Of a stretch of 64,000 bases of DNA, positions 38,940 to 51,015 are shown in pieces; within the stretch, counting starts at the first letter, position 1; each line of letters starts with the position of its first letter. A program made the position numbers and the translations under genes. The notes under the pieces were generated by a model. It saw only the letters and a program-made list of their open reading frames with translations, had not been told where the DNA came from and did no database searches. The stretch covers positions 1-64,000 of the forward strand of contig JAAOMT010000630.1 of assembly GCA_016748015.1 (NCBI GenBank). The letters are read 5' to 3'. This DNA comes from Geosiphon pyriformis uo1. Taxonomy: Eukaryota > Fungi > Glomeromycota.

Positions 38940-40777
38940 ATTATAGTTGTTAAAAAATAACTATTAATACAATTAATGATAGATTGATTCTGATAATTGA
39001 AAGTATATTTTGTTGAATAATAAGAGTATAATTTAGATTGTTTAGGTTTTGTTAAATCTAAACAATTAGAATTTGTATTTTTAGTTTATTTAAAATCAAG
39101 TTCTGTTTATTATTTTTCTAATTATTGTTTTCTTTTTCTTTTGAATTGGTGTTTGTCTAATTACTGGTGAATCTAAAATTAAGTTAAAATAGCAGTAATT
39201 GAAGTTTTAATAATATTGTTAATTGCAATTTAAATCTTTCAAAATAATTATCATAGATTTCTAGCAGTTTGGATTTTTTTTGATTGTTTTGAAATAGAAC
39301 TTTTGTAATAATTGGTTTTACTATTAATGATAATACAAATTCTAATAGTATATTAATAATAAGATAGATATAATAGAGAAATAACTCTGAATTTTTTTTA
39401 GTTAAATAGTTGTATTGATTTAAGTGTATTTGCTAGTATTTGTATTTTGTTTTTGTTTTTGTTTTTGTTCACAAATGTAATTGAAAACTTTTACTAAGTG
39501 TATCTTTTAATTTTGTGATTTATTTTAGTAATAATTATTACAAAATTGTAATTTTGTAATAAATTAGTATATTAAAATAATTTATTGTAAAAATTTTCTT
39601 TTGCTGATTTAAAATCTGCTTGTCCTCTTAAAAAATGTATAATTTTTTTATTAACGTAGAAATTGAAGGCTAATTCTGTTAAAAAATAATTGCTAGTTAA
39701 TTTTAACTGTTGTTAATATTATTAGAATAAAAATTTTGCAAATTTCAAGTAATTTACTTCTATAACTTTTAGGTTTGTTACTTTTTTAGATAATTAATAA
39801 TGGTGTTTTGTTCTTTGTTAGATTATATTTTATAAAGAGCACCAAATATTACAAGTAATTATTTAAGGTATTAAAATAAATAACAAATTTATAACTTGGT
39901 ACTTAATATCTAATTATAATATTGATTTCTAAAGATTTTTGGGATCTAAAGAGTTTGGTGGAGTTTTTTGTATAATAAACAGAGATTTAAATGATGATTT
40001 TTTCTGTAAATTTTTTTCTTTAGTGTAATGGCCAATTTAATCTAACAGTTATGTTTTTCTAATAAGTTATCTTTTTTTTCATGTTTATTATCTTTGTTTT
40101 ATGAATTTTTTATTAGACTATCTTTAATATTAATATCTTAATACTTAATTCCTTAATTAATTAATAAACAACAATAAAAAAACTAAAAAAAAAACTAAAA
40201 AAATAAGAAAAAGAAATAAAAATTTAATATTTTATTAATAATTATAATCAAAAGCTATTGGTCTAATATAGTTAAGTAGTAAATGTTATTAGCATAAGTT
40301 GCTAATAATATTGAAAAATGAAAATATTAATTTTATAAAAAAAATAATATAAATTAGATAATAAAATAATTATTTTATTTTATATTTGGATAATTTTACT
40401 TTAAGATATAAAATACTATCTTTTAAAAAGAGAAATAAATTATAAATATATTGTTAACTAATTAAAAACTTGTCTAAATATGGGTTAAATAAATGGTATT
40501 TGAATTAAATAGATAAATACTTTTCTTATTTTTAATACTACTATTATATATACATAATTCTCATTATATAAAATCTTATATATTCTTATTTTTTCTATGC
40601 TACTTTCTAAAACTATGCATATTTTTGAGTAATATATTATGATTTTTTAAAAATGTGCTTATTCTTTGCAAATATGCACTTTTCTAAAAATATGCTTATA
40701 TGTTAAATTTTATTTTTTATTGATTTATTTTTTTAATCTGTTTTTTTATTTTTTTGTATTTTTTTTTATAAATAACA
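38940..40777 (-). mobile_element. Decayed Gypsy fragment D2: 5' LTR (39847-40777), PBS (~39827-39844), gag start
   Basis: Minus strand TGTTATTTAT...TGTAATA followed by TTTGGTGCTC; gag homologous to the B/C N-terminus. Confidence 0.75.
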
Positions 40778-40899
40778 ATATGAATATTGTCCAAAACACT
40801 TGAATATGCTTTAACTTTTGATTATACTATTAAAAAATCTTTATTTTTGATTAAGTTTACAATATGTTTTCTTTTTATTCAACAATAATTATAAAAATT

Positions 40900-42428
40900 A
40901 GGACTTATTAACTTTAATTCTAAAATGTATATATTTATAGTAATCTGATTATTTAAATATATAATAACAATATAAAAAAAAAACACATATTCCAAAAACA
41001 GTACAACAATTATTCCAAACCATAAATTAATAACAATTGGAAAATCATTATTAATTATCAAACAATTTGCTATTAAAACACAAAAAAAAAACAAAGATTA
41101 TTTTATATTAGTAAGAACTAAACAAAGCACTGATCAAATAAGATTATAAAAAAAGTAAAGAACACTTTTAAGAAAATATTAATAACTGTTCTAACAAAAA
41201 AACTAAAAAAAAAAAACTGAAAGCTATAAATAAAATAACTTCTAATATTATACTATTATTATTAGTTAAAACAAAAGCTAAATATCTAAAAATTGTATAT
41301 TAATAAATCCAAAAAAATATTTAATCAAGAAATAGTACAATAGATTAAAAACTTTATCAGAAAAAAAACAAATTCTATACTATAAATTAAAACAATTTAC
41401 TGATTACATATTATATTTCAAGATTATCCAGAAATATTACTATATACAAAAATGAAAACAATAACTGTTAACCAATAAAAAAAAATAAACAACTCTCAAT
41501 TTGAAAACATAAAAACCAGAATCAAACAAACAGTATTGAAAAGAGAAGTAATAGACTTAATTTATAATAAAAATTTTAATAGGACTTAATATTAAAGAAA
41601 AAAATAATGTTACTCATAAAAAAAAAGTACAAAAAAAAAGTACAAAAAAAAAGTACAAAAAACAAATAATAAAAATAGGCCAATAAAAGAATAGTATTCA
41701 ATGAATAAACATATTGTTAGAAAATTATAACACATTGTTTAACAATAAGCACATTATCAGAAATTATAGAATATTGTTCAAAAATATGTGAAATTTTATA
41801 TAACAAGAATTATATATATAGTGAGAGTATTAAAAACAGAAAAAATAGAATGGTAGTTAAAGATTAATTATCCAATACTTTTCTCTTCAAAAGATAGTTT
41901 TCTATAACTTGAAATAGAATTATACCAATATTAATAAAATTATTTATTATCATTTAATTTATGTTATTATTACTTAATTAAAAAAATATTACTCCATTCC
42001 ATACTATTAATATTCTATATTGATAGAATTTAATACTTAATTACATTAAACCAATAGCTTTTAATTATGACTATTAATGAGATACTAATTTTTTTTATTT
42101 TGTTTTCTTTGTTGTTTACTAATTAATTAAAAAAATTAAGTACTAAGTAATTGATGTAAAAAATAGTCTGATAAAAAACCTGGAAACAAAAGTAAAAATT
42201 TAAAAATAGCTTACCAAAAAAGCACAACTACCAAAATAAACTAGTAATTATATTGAAAAAAAAAATTCACAAAAGAAATCATTAATTGAATTTCTGTTTA
42301 TTATAAAAAAAACTCAACCAAAATTTTCAAACTCCAAAACTTTCAGGAACTATTATTATCAACAGTTATTGAGCACCAAATTACAGATTTGTTATTTGTT
42401 TCAACATTCTAAATAATCACCTATAATA
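40900..42428 (+). mobile_element. Decayed Gypsy 3' end D3: ORF3 remnant, PPT, 3' LTR (41608-42428); inserted in the RT of F
   Basis: GGACTTAATATTAAAGAAAAAAATAA then TGTTACTCATAAA; U5 homologous to A/B/C; right flank is RT sequence. Confidence 0.72.
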
Positions 42429-43336
42429 TTATCTACTCTGAAATTCTGTAAAAATCCATAATAGTTTATTTGAATAATATAGATATATTTTTGCCAACAT
42501 TTAAGAAGCATTTTAAACATCTATAACAAGTTTTTGAAAAACTTTAAGCTGTTGAATTAAAACTTAACCCCAAAAAATGCTTCTTTAGAAAATTACAACT
42601 CATCTTTCTAAAGCATATTATTGGAAAAAAAGAAATAAAACCTGATTTTGCAAAAATTAAAAAAGTCAAAAATTTTTCTTACCTTTAGAATCTAATTGAA
42701 CTTTGTGAATTTTTAGAACTTATTTCATATTATCAAAAGTTTATTAAAAACTTTTCAACAGTGACTTAACTGTTAAATCAATTATTAGCTAAAAATACAA
42801 CACAAAAATGGAATAAAAAACAAGAACAAACATTCAACTACCTGAAACAATAACTCACTAAAGCTTCTATTTTAATATATCTCGACTTTACTAAGAAATT
42901 TATATTTACAACTAATGTTTTCAGAACAAATTTAGGTATTATGTTATTACAATAAGACAAAAAATAAGAACATATAATTATATATGCCAGCTAAAGTCTA
43001 AGCATAGCCAAAAAAAACCATATAACTTATAAAGTAAAATGTTTTACAATTATATAGACCATAAAATATTTTAGATAATATTTACTATATAATTTATTTA
43101 ATATTATTACAGATCACAAAGAATTTATCTGGTTAATAAATAAAAATCCATTAAAAAGACATTATACCAGATGAATTACTACTTTACAATCTTATACATA
43201 TAACATTATTTACAATAAGAGAACTAAAAACACAAATACAGACTATTTATTTTAAATAAAACATACATAACCACCAAAAATTATCTACAATCTGATTAAA
43301 ATGAACACTAAAACACATTAATACCTGATATATTAT
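42429..43336 (+). mobile_element. Old Gypsy element F, left part (RT, RNase H, integrase start)
   Basis: LKLNPKKCFF, decayed RNase H motifs, stop ~43270, ATG at 43301. Confidence 0.78.
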
Positions 43337-44062
43337 TGTTATGGTTGAAACATATAGTTTTTACTAATTATCACATGTATTAGCCACTGATGTCATATAA
43401 TTAGCCACCCTATTTTTAGATAGTGATCATTGACCTGATCAATGACCTGACTGTTGACCTGATCATTGACCTAATCAATAACTTGATTATTAACCTGATC
43501 ATTGACCTGATCATTGACCTGATCGTTGATCTGGTCATTGACCACTTTAGATAGCTATATAAGTGATGATTCCCTTAGCTGTAGAAAGACATGATAAAAG
43601 TAACGAAATAAACAATATTAATTACTTCCTCTCATAATCGCTTATTTCCCTTTCCTTACCTTCAAGTATCTACTTGTTGGCATTCACATACCTTATTTTT
43701 TCCCCTTTTTGATTTGTATTTGTTAGAATTAGCCTGAGAAGCAATTGACTTGCTCTTGTAATTCATTGAATAAAAAAACAATTGAAAAGTACAACAATAC
43801 CTGTTATTGATTCTAAGAATCGCCGAGTTGAGACATAGAATAATAGCAGCAGTGTTATCTTGTTGACCATCACGGACTATTCCTCTACCTTCAGATTTAA
43901 GAAAAGATTAACAACTGTGATTTTTATGAGACTGATTACGCACATTGAATTCCTACTTATTTAATTTGCTCCCTTATTGTAATTCCTTCTTTGTTTATTT
44001 CCATCACCATACAATACTGTTCTCCCTTGCTATCTATTAGCTTGTTACTCCAACCCGTAACA
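43337..44062 (+). repeat. 5' LTR of E (726 bp), with ten 12-bp GATCATTGACCT units at 43425-43544
   Basis: TGTTATGG...CGTAACA. Confidence 0.95.
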
Positions 44063-44068
44063 TAAAAG

Positions 44069-44086
44069 TGGTGCTCTCTGTGAGGT
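44069..44086 (+). other. Primer binding site of E
   Basis: TGGTGCTCTCTGTGAGGT, 6 nt after the LTR. Confidence 0.85.
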
Positions 44087-44114
44087 TGTCAAAATTCACT
44101 TATTACCTCATTGT

Positions 44115-47100
44115 ATGGGTGATTACTCATATCTGCCACAGCAATCAGAAGAACACTTTGTAGCATACAATAGAAACAACCAAAGTTTCATTGAACTTAA
44201 TCCTCTGCTTTCCTGCTTGATCTGCTTCCCCCTTGAAGAACAATCAAGTAAACAATTCCAAGACTTTTGGAACTGGTTCCTGAATGAGCATTCAGCTGAA
44301 ACCTACACAGCTTATACAACCTATTACTTTGACCAAACTTATTTTGAAAATGACTTTAAAGAAAGAAACAACAGTATCAATCAGCTCTTATATTCTGCAA
44401 TCTTTGAACAACAGCCCCCTGATTTCGAATATTTGAATCATCAAATCCACATTTGGATTGCTGCCCATCAAGCAACTGAAACTCCCTTTGAAACAGAAGA
44501 AGAAAGCTATCAAACTGTCTCTGTTTTTGATCTTTTATCAAACAAATTAGACTCGTCTATACAAACAGTTACCCCTGAACCAATGGCTAATGACCCCATA
44601 CAAGCAAACATTCTGGCCGCCCTCCAAGGTATACAAACTGCTTTAGGGTGAAGAAACAACACCCCAATACTATTATTTAGAGGTGATGCACAAGATCCAA
44701 TTGAATGGTTGGATGACTTTGAAAAAGCTGCTACAGCCAATCAATATGACAATGAGTACAAGTTCCAAATTGTCGGTGGCTATCTTTAAGGATCCCCTGC
44801 TACCTGGTTCTTACAAGAAACAGATGCCAATGCCCAGCAAAGAATTATTAAATGGACACCAGCAAATGTGGGAGAAATCAACACTTCTTTTACTACCCGG
44901 TTTGAAAACAAGTTCAGAACCCCAATATTAATATCAAAATGGCATATGGAATTAGAAAGAAGAATCCAAAATCCCGGTAAAGTTGTAACCAAATACGCCA
45001 AAGCAATCAGAAAGTTAATCAAATGAGTAGACACTGAAAGAAATTGGACAGAAGAGCAAAAAATTTACTCTTTCACAAAAGGATTGAGAACTGATCTATC
45101 ATATGCTCTTTGGCCCCTCCTGGCCCTGAAAAATAATCCCACCATGGATATGGCCATTGAATTAGCACAAAGAATTGAAGATAACCAAAGGATGCACTTG
45201 GGATCTACACTACCAGTTTTTGCTCCTGTTCCTGTCATGGCTCCTGCCTCTCAAATGGCTGCTACTTTTTTTGCCACTCATACTTAAGATCCAAATGAAC
45301 AGTTAATAGACAGACTCACAACAAATCTTGCTCAGTTATTAGAACTCTTAGCCCAAGCAGTCAGAGAAAATCAGCAACCACAAAGATCCAGATTTGAACC
45401 ACATTTCAATCAGCCCCAGCAACCACCTTATCAAAGACAACAAAATTATGGCCCACCTGTATGCTATCACTGTGGATTAACTGGACACTTTTCAAGAAAT
45501 TGCAACAATCTTCCACTGCCTCCACCAGTCCCCAGAAACAATGATGCTTAGAACAACAGGATCAACAACAACAATGTGCCCAACCAAAGACCCAATCATG
45601 CCAACATCAATTTCTTTGGAGAGGATCCCCTAATTGAAGCCACTGTTATCAGCCTTTAAACTGGTAGGCACACCTCCAAAGGGTAAGAGTGCAAGCCAAC
45701 CAGAAGAAAACCTTTTTTATGCTTTTAACTTAACTGATGATGATCATGACATGAATGAATTAGCAATCAACCCCTCTGAATCCACAAGAAAGAAGAAGAA
45801 AGCCAAAGTTGATTTCGTTTTAGACTCCAATAAAGCTTCTACATTAACTGCTGACAACAATGAGCCCCCAAAAGCCAAAGTTTTCAAGAACCCTCCAAAG
45901 TTGGAACCCTCAGAAATAGTACAAAAATCTGGTCCCTATTCTGTTGTCAAAGACCTTATGAAAACCCCAGCACATATAATCTTTGGCCAATTGATGACCC
46001 ATCCACAATTCAGAAAAGATCTTCGCAAATTCCTAATTCTAAAGAAAAAGACACCCAAAACCAACAAACGCTCTCGCCAAGCTGGACTTGTTGACAATAG
46101 CAATGTCACTTCTCTAATTTGTAAAGCCCAAATGGCTGGCTATTTCATCGATTTAATCCTAGACAGTGGATCATCTGTTAGTGTTATTGCCAAACACTTT
46201 CTTGAAGCAATTGGCAGAAAAATTGATGAACCATCCACATGACCAATGACCAATGTGCATGGTGATAAGAAAAAAGGGCTTGGCATAGCCAAAGCTATTC
46301 CTGTCCACATCAATGGCATCAGCATTAAAACTAATATGGAAGTGTCTGAAGCAAAAGAATACACTATCATTGTTGGCAATGAATGGCTCAAGAAAGCAAA
46401 GGCTTTGCTTAATTATGAACTCTGTGAACTAACCATCAGATGTGGTGAGAAACCCATTGTGGTTAAATGTCGCCATTGGACAACTCCCCCAGTACCCAAG
46501 CAGAGCCCAGAAGAAAATAAATCAGATGAATTAGATGATGAAGAAAGTGAGGAAGAAAAAGAACAAGAAGAAACTGCTGAACTCGCCTATACCATTTTCA
46601 CTAGCAATGGCAAACCACTGGATAATGTCAAGGCAGATAAAGAAGGAATCATTGTCAATGGCAAGCTGATCTGCTGGCCTTATTATGACATGCTCAGAAG
46701 AACCTTTGACAGAAAGCCAGGCAAGAAAGCCAAATACAATTATTGGTGGCATGGTCCTTGTGCCCGGTGCTGGTGCGACAAACCATTGTATTCTCCTAGC
46801 AATAAATACATGTCCTGTCTGATCTATTACAAAGATTGGGAACCAATCAGCTTGATACTCCAAGAGAAAATAAAAGAAGTCCAAAAGTCCTTTGAAAACG
46901 AACCACCTGAAATCCAATCACTAGTTGTAGAACAAAGAGAACCCTCTCCAGAAGAAAGAAAAGTAGACATTGAAAACCTGCTGGCTAGAAACAGCCCAGT
47001 TATCTCAAAAGAAGGTGAACCTTCTGGATGTACACATGTGATACAACACACCATTATCACTAGAGAAACTCGCCCTATCCATTTGAAGCCTTATCAATCC

Positions 47101-48336
47101 AACCAGCGCAATGATGAGTTTATCAAAAAGAAAATAACCCGAATGAAAACCCTTGGATTCATACAGGAAACCAAGAGTGAATGGGCATTCCCAGTTGTAG
47201 TGATATCCAAGAAAGGAGGAACCCTACACTTTTGTGTTGACTATTGCCAATTAAATGCCATTACTGAAAGAGACATGTACCCACTTTCCAAGATTGATGC
47301 AATGCTAGACCAATTTCATGGTGCTGCTTTTTTCTCAACCATTGACTAAACTGCTGGATTCTGGCAAGTAGAGATGGATCCAGAAAGCAGAAAGAAAACT
47401 GCCTTTATCACCAAGTATGGTATCTATGAATTCACAGTCATGCCTTTTGGTCTTACAAATGCTCCTCTCACATTTCAACACTTAATGGACAAAGTATTTG
47501 AATCAGTAAAAGAAAACTTTGTTCTAGTCTACTTGGACGACATAATGGTATACTCAAAAACCTGGGATGAACACCTTGAACATTTGCAAAAGGTTTTTGA
47601 CCTTCTTAGAAATGCTGGTCTCAAGATCAATCTAATCAAATCATTTTTTGGATGTCAATCCACTCAGTTCCTTGGCCATCTTATTACAAAAGATGGAATT
47701 TTCTCTGATCCAGCCAAAATTGAAAAAGTTCAAAACATTAGACAACCAATGAATGTTTATGAACTACACTCTTTTCTTGGTTTGGCCTCTTATTATCACA
47801 AGTTTGTCAAGGATTTCTCCAAAATTGCTGCTCCTTTCAATCAGCTACTTAGGAAAAACATCAATTATCACTGGGGCACTTATCAACAAAAAGCATTTGA
47901 AATTCTGAAGGAAAAACTGGTTACAGAACCCATCCTCATGCAACCTAATTTGGATCAACCTTTTATCCTCCACACTGATACATCTGGCTATGGACTTGGT
48001 GCTGTTCTTTTCCAAAAAGATGAAGATAACAGAGAACATGCTGTAGCATATACCAGTAGAACTCTTACACCAGCAGAAAAGAACTACTCAGTCACTGAGC
48101 AAGAATGCTTAGCAGTAGTTTGGACTACCAGCTACTGGGACAAATATCTTAAGGGTGTAAAATTTTTGGTGGTAACAGATCACCAAGCATTGGTTTGGCT
48201 ATGCAACAAAAGAAACCTGGAACATAAACGGATAACTCACTGAATACTCTGCTTGGATGAATTCGACTATGACATTCAACACCACAAAGGAGCTAATCAT
48301 CAAAACGCTGATGCTCTCTCCAGACTTACTATCTAG
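44115..48336 (+). pseudogene. Element E gag-pol (Gag, CCHC, PR, RT, RNase H)
   Basis: QDPIEWLDDFEKAA, CYHCGLTGHFSRNC (~45462), LILDSGSS, VYLDDI, HTDTSG, NADALSR; few stops. Confidence 0.93.
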
Positions 48337-48404
48337 TGATAGTAAAACCCTCTCAAACCAAACCAACTTAATTATTTGTAACTCCCCCACAAACAAACAC
48401 AATA

Positions 48405-49712
48405 ATGGACTTGGACAACTACTTTGCTTTAATGAAATTTTTAGGTAAAGGACAATATCTGCCGGACTATACTCGACAGCAAAGAGAACATTTGCACAAA
48501 CAAACAAATTTCTATTTGATTCGCCAGAACCAGTTATATAAAAGAAATAGAAAAGATCCTGACTGCTCCCAAAGAGTTATTAGATTTGAAAAAAGAGAAA
48601 TTGTGATCTACAATATGCGCACTGATCCATTAGCTAGACACTTTGGAAAAACAAAAACAATTCAGAAAACTTTAGCTCGTTATTATTGGCCTACCTTGGA
48701 AAAAGACATTGCTGAATACATCAAAACCTGTGATACCTGTCAAAGAAGAGGAAAACCCAATTGCAAGGAAGATATCCATCCAATCTTTGTTGGTCAATCA
48801 TTTGATAGAATTGGTATAGATGTTGTTGGATCTTTAACAGTAACTCCTGATGACAACAGATACATTATCACAGCTACCAACTATCTTACAAAGTGGGTAG
48901 AAGCAAGAGCCACCCCAGATCAAACAGCAGTCTCAATTGCCAATTTTATTTATGAAGATATTATCTGTTGCCACGACTGCCCCAAAGAACTTTTATCTAA
49001 TAGAGGAAGAGCTTTTTTCAGTACACTGGTTGAAGAACTTTGTAGAAAAATGGGAATATGTCATAAACTCTCTTCCCCTTATCACCCCCAAACAAATGGC
49101 TTAGTGGAACGTTTCAATAGAACACTATGTGAAACCCTAGCCAAAACCAGTAAAGAAACCAACCTATGAAACCAAGTATTGCCTTCAGCCTTGTTTGCTT
49201 ACAGAACTGTGAATCATGACATAACAAGTTATGAACCCTTTTATTTGCTCTATGGACAAATGGCAACTCTACCAATAGAAACGGATATAGAAACAATACC
49301 TTTTAAAGAAATAACAATAGGAGATTACAAGGACATTTTGCAAAGAAGACTTGGTACCATTCTTGACTCATTAGTAGAAGCACGGATAATTGCCTTTGAA
49401 AAGATAAAACAGTTCCAAGAGAAGCTCAAAAAGAAAAAGACCTATAAAACACTTTCTTTAAGTATTGGTGACTTAGTTTTGGAATACTGTTTAGACAGAG
49501 ACAATGTCTATGATGATAAATTCTCTAGCTGGTGGAAAGGACCCTTTATAGTCAACAAAGTTTTGAACAATGATTCTTATATCTTACAAGATCAATATGG
49601 AACAATATTCAGTGATTGTCCTGTTCATAGCACGTGACTCAAGAAATATCACAAACGACCTGATTGGTTACCTGTTGTGGTAATACTGACCCAAATGATC
49701 AGTAAAAATTAG
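48405..49712 (+). pseudogene. Element E integrase (separate ORF)
   Basis: CDTC, IGIDVVG, HPQTNGLVERFNRTL, WKGPF. Confidence 0.92.
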
Positions 49713-49759
49713 ATATAAATAAATGCACTATTTCCAAAACAGAGATATCTTCAATCGAC

Positions 49760-50416
49760 ATGAACAATTATTTCCTGGATCAAAACATTCAAAACACTTT
49801 CTATACTCTCTATGAGTACTGGATCAAGAACTATCCAAATACTACTCTGACTATCGGAAAACAAACCACTATAACAGACAATAGTGGAACTCACACTGTT
49901 ATTAGACCAAAGAAAACAACTACCAGAAGAGAAAAAATTGGTGGCAAAATAGATAAATACCTGCTGGAAAGCATAACAGCAGCAATACTTTCACCTTCCA
50001 GCACAATTGGAAAAACAATACAAGAAATCTTGCCCATAAACAAAAACTTGTCATATGGAAGACAACTAGAACTCTATGGTCATCTTGGTGAAATCATAGA
50101 AGACATGAAGCTCATGAAGAAAACAACTTCAGAGATACAAGTGGAAATTTTGGGCATTATATGATTGGATGTTCCAAGAGTTTTGACCATTGCTAAAAGA
50201 GCCAGAACTCTAATACAAAGATTTGGTCTCTTGGATACAAAGCTTATTTCGCCTCAAGTACTATATACTCTATCCACAAAAGACTTTAACAAACTAGTTA
50301 GTTTTGAGTTAGACAAAACCCTTCACATAGACTATCCCATAAATAGTTTGATTTCGCCGGAGCTCAATCTCTTTGGAGAGGATGATGTTATGGTTAAAAC
50401 ACATAGTTTTTATTAA
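49760..50416 (+). pseudogene. Element E ORF3 (~218 aa; one internal TGA)
   Basis: ORFs 49760-50164 and 50165-50416 are in the same frame; the ORF runs through the PPT into the 3' LTR. Confidence 0.78.
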
Positions 50417-51015
50417 TTATCACATGTATTAGTCACTGATGTCATATAATTAGCCACCCTATTTTTAAATAGTAATTGTTGACCTGGTCGTTGACCACTT
50501 TAGATAGCTATATAAGCGATGATTTCCTTAGCTGTAGAAAGACATAATAAAAATAACGAAACAAACAATATCAATTACTTTCTCTCATAATCACTTATTC
50601 CCCTTTCCTTACCTTCAAGTATCTACTTGTTGGCATTCACATACCTTATTTTTTCCCCTTTTTGATTTGTATTTGTTAGAATTAGCCTGAAAAGCAATTG
50701 GCTTGCTCTTGTAATTCATTGAATAAAGAAACAATTGAAAAGTACAATGATACCTGTTATTGATTCTAAGAATCGCCGAGTTGAGACATAGAATAATAGC
50801 AGCAGTGTTATCTTGTTGACCATCACAGACTATTCCTCTACTTTCAGATTTAAGAAAAGATTAGCGACTGTGATTTTTATGAGACTGATCACACATATTG
50901 AATTCCTACTTATTTAATTCACTCTCTTATTGTAATTCCTTCTTTGTTTATTTCTATTACCATACAATACTGTTCTCCCTTGCTATCTGTTAGCTTGTTA
51001 CTCCAACCCGTAACA
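50386..51015 (+). repeat. 3' LTR of E (630 bp)
   Basis: Direct repeat of 43337-44062 lacking 8 of the 12-bp units. Confidence 0.95.

Larger units (their letters stand above)
43337..51015 (+). mobile_element. Full-length Ty3/Gypsy element E (~7.68 kb; distinct family, no dUTPase) nested in the F integrase
   Basis: Paired LTRs, perfect 4-bp TSD TTAT (43333-43336 and 51016-51019), PBS, PPT GGAGAGGA (~50375). Confidence 0.96.

Noticed and set aside
45652-45661. TTTAAAC as a -1 slippery heptamer
   Set aside because: It is in the wrong phase relative to Gag, and Pol lies in the +1 frame.
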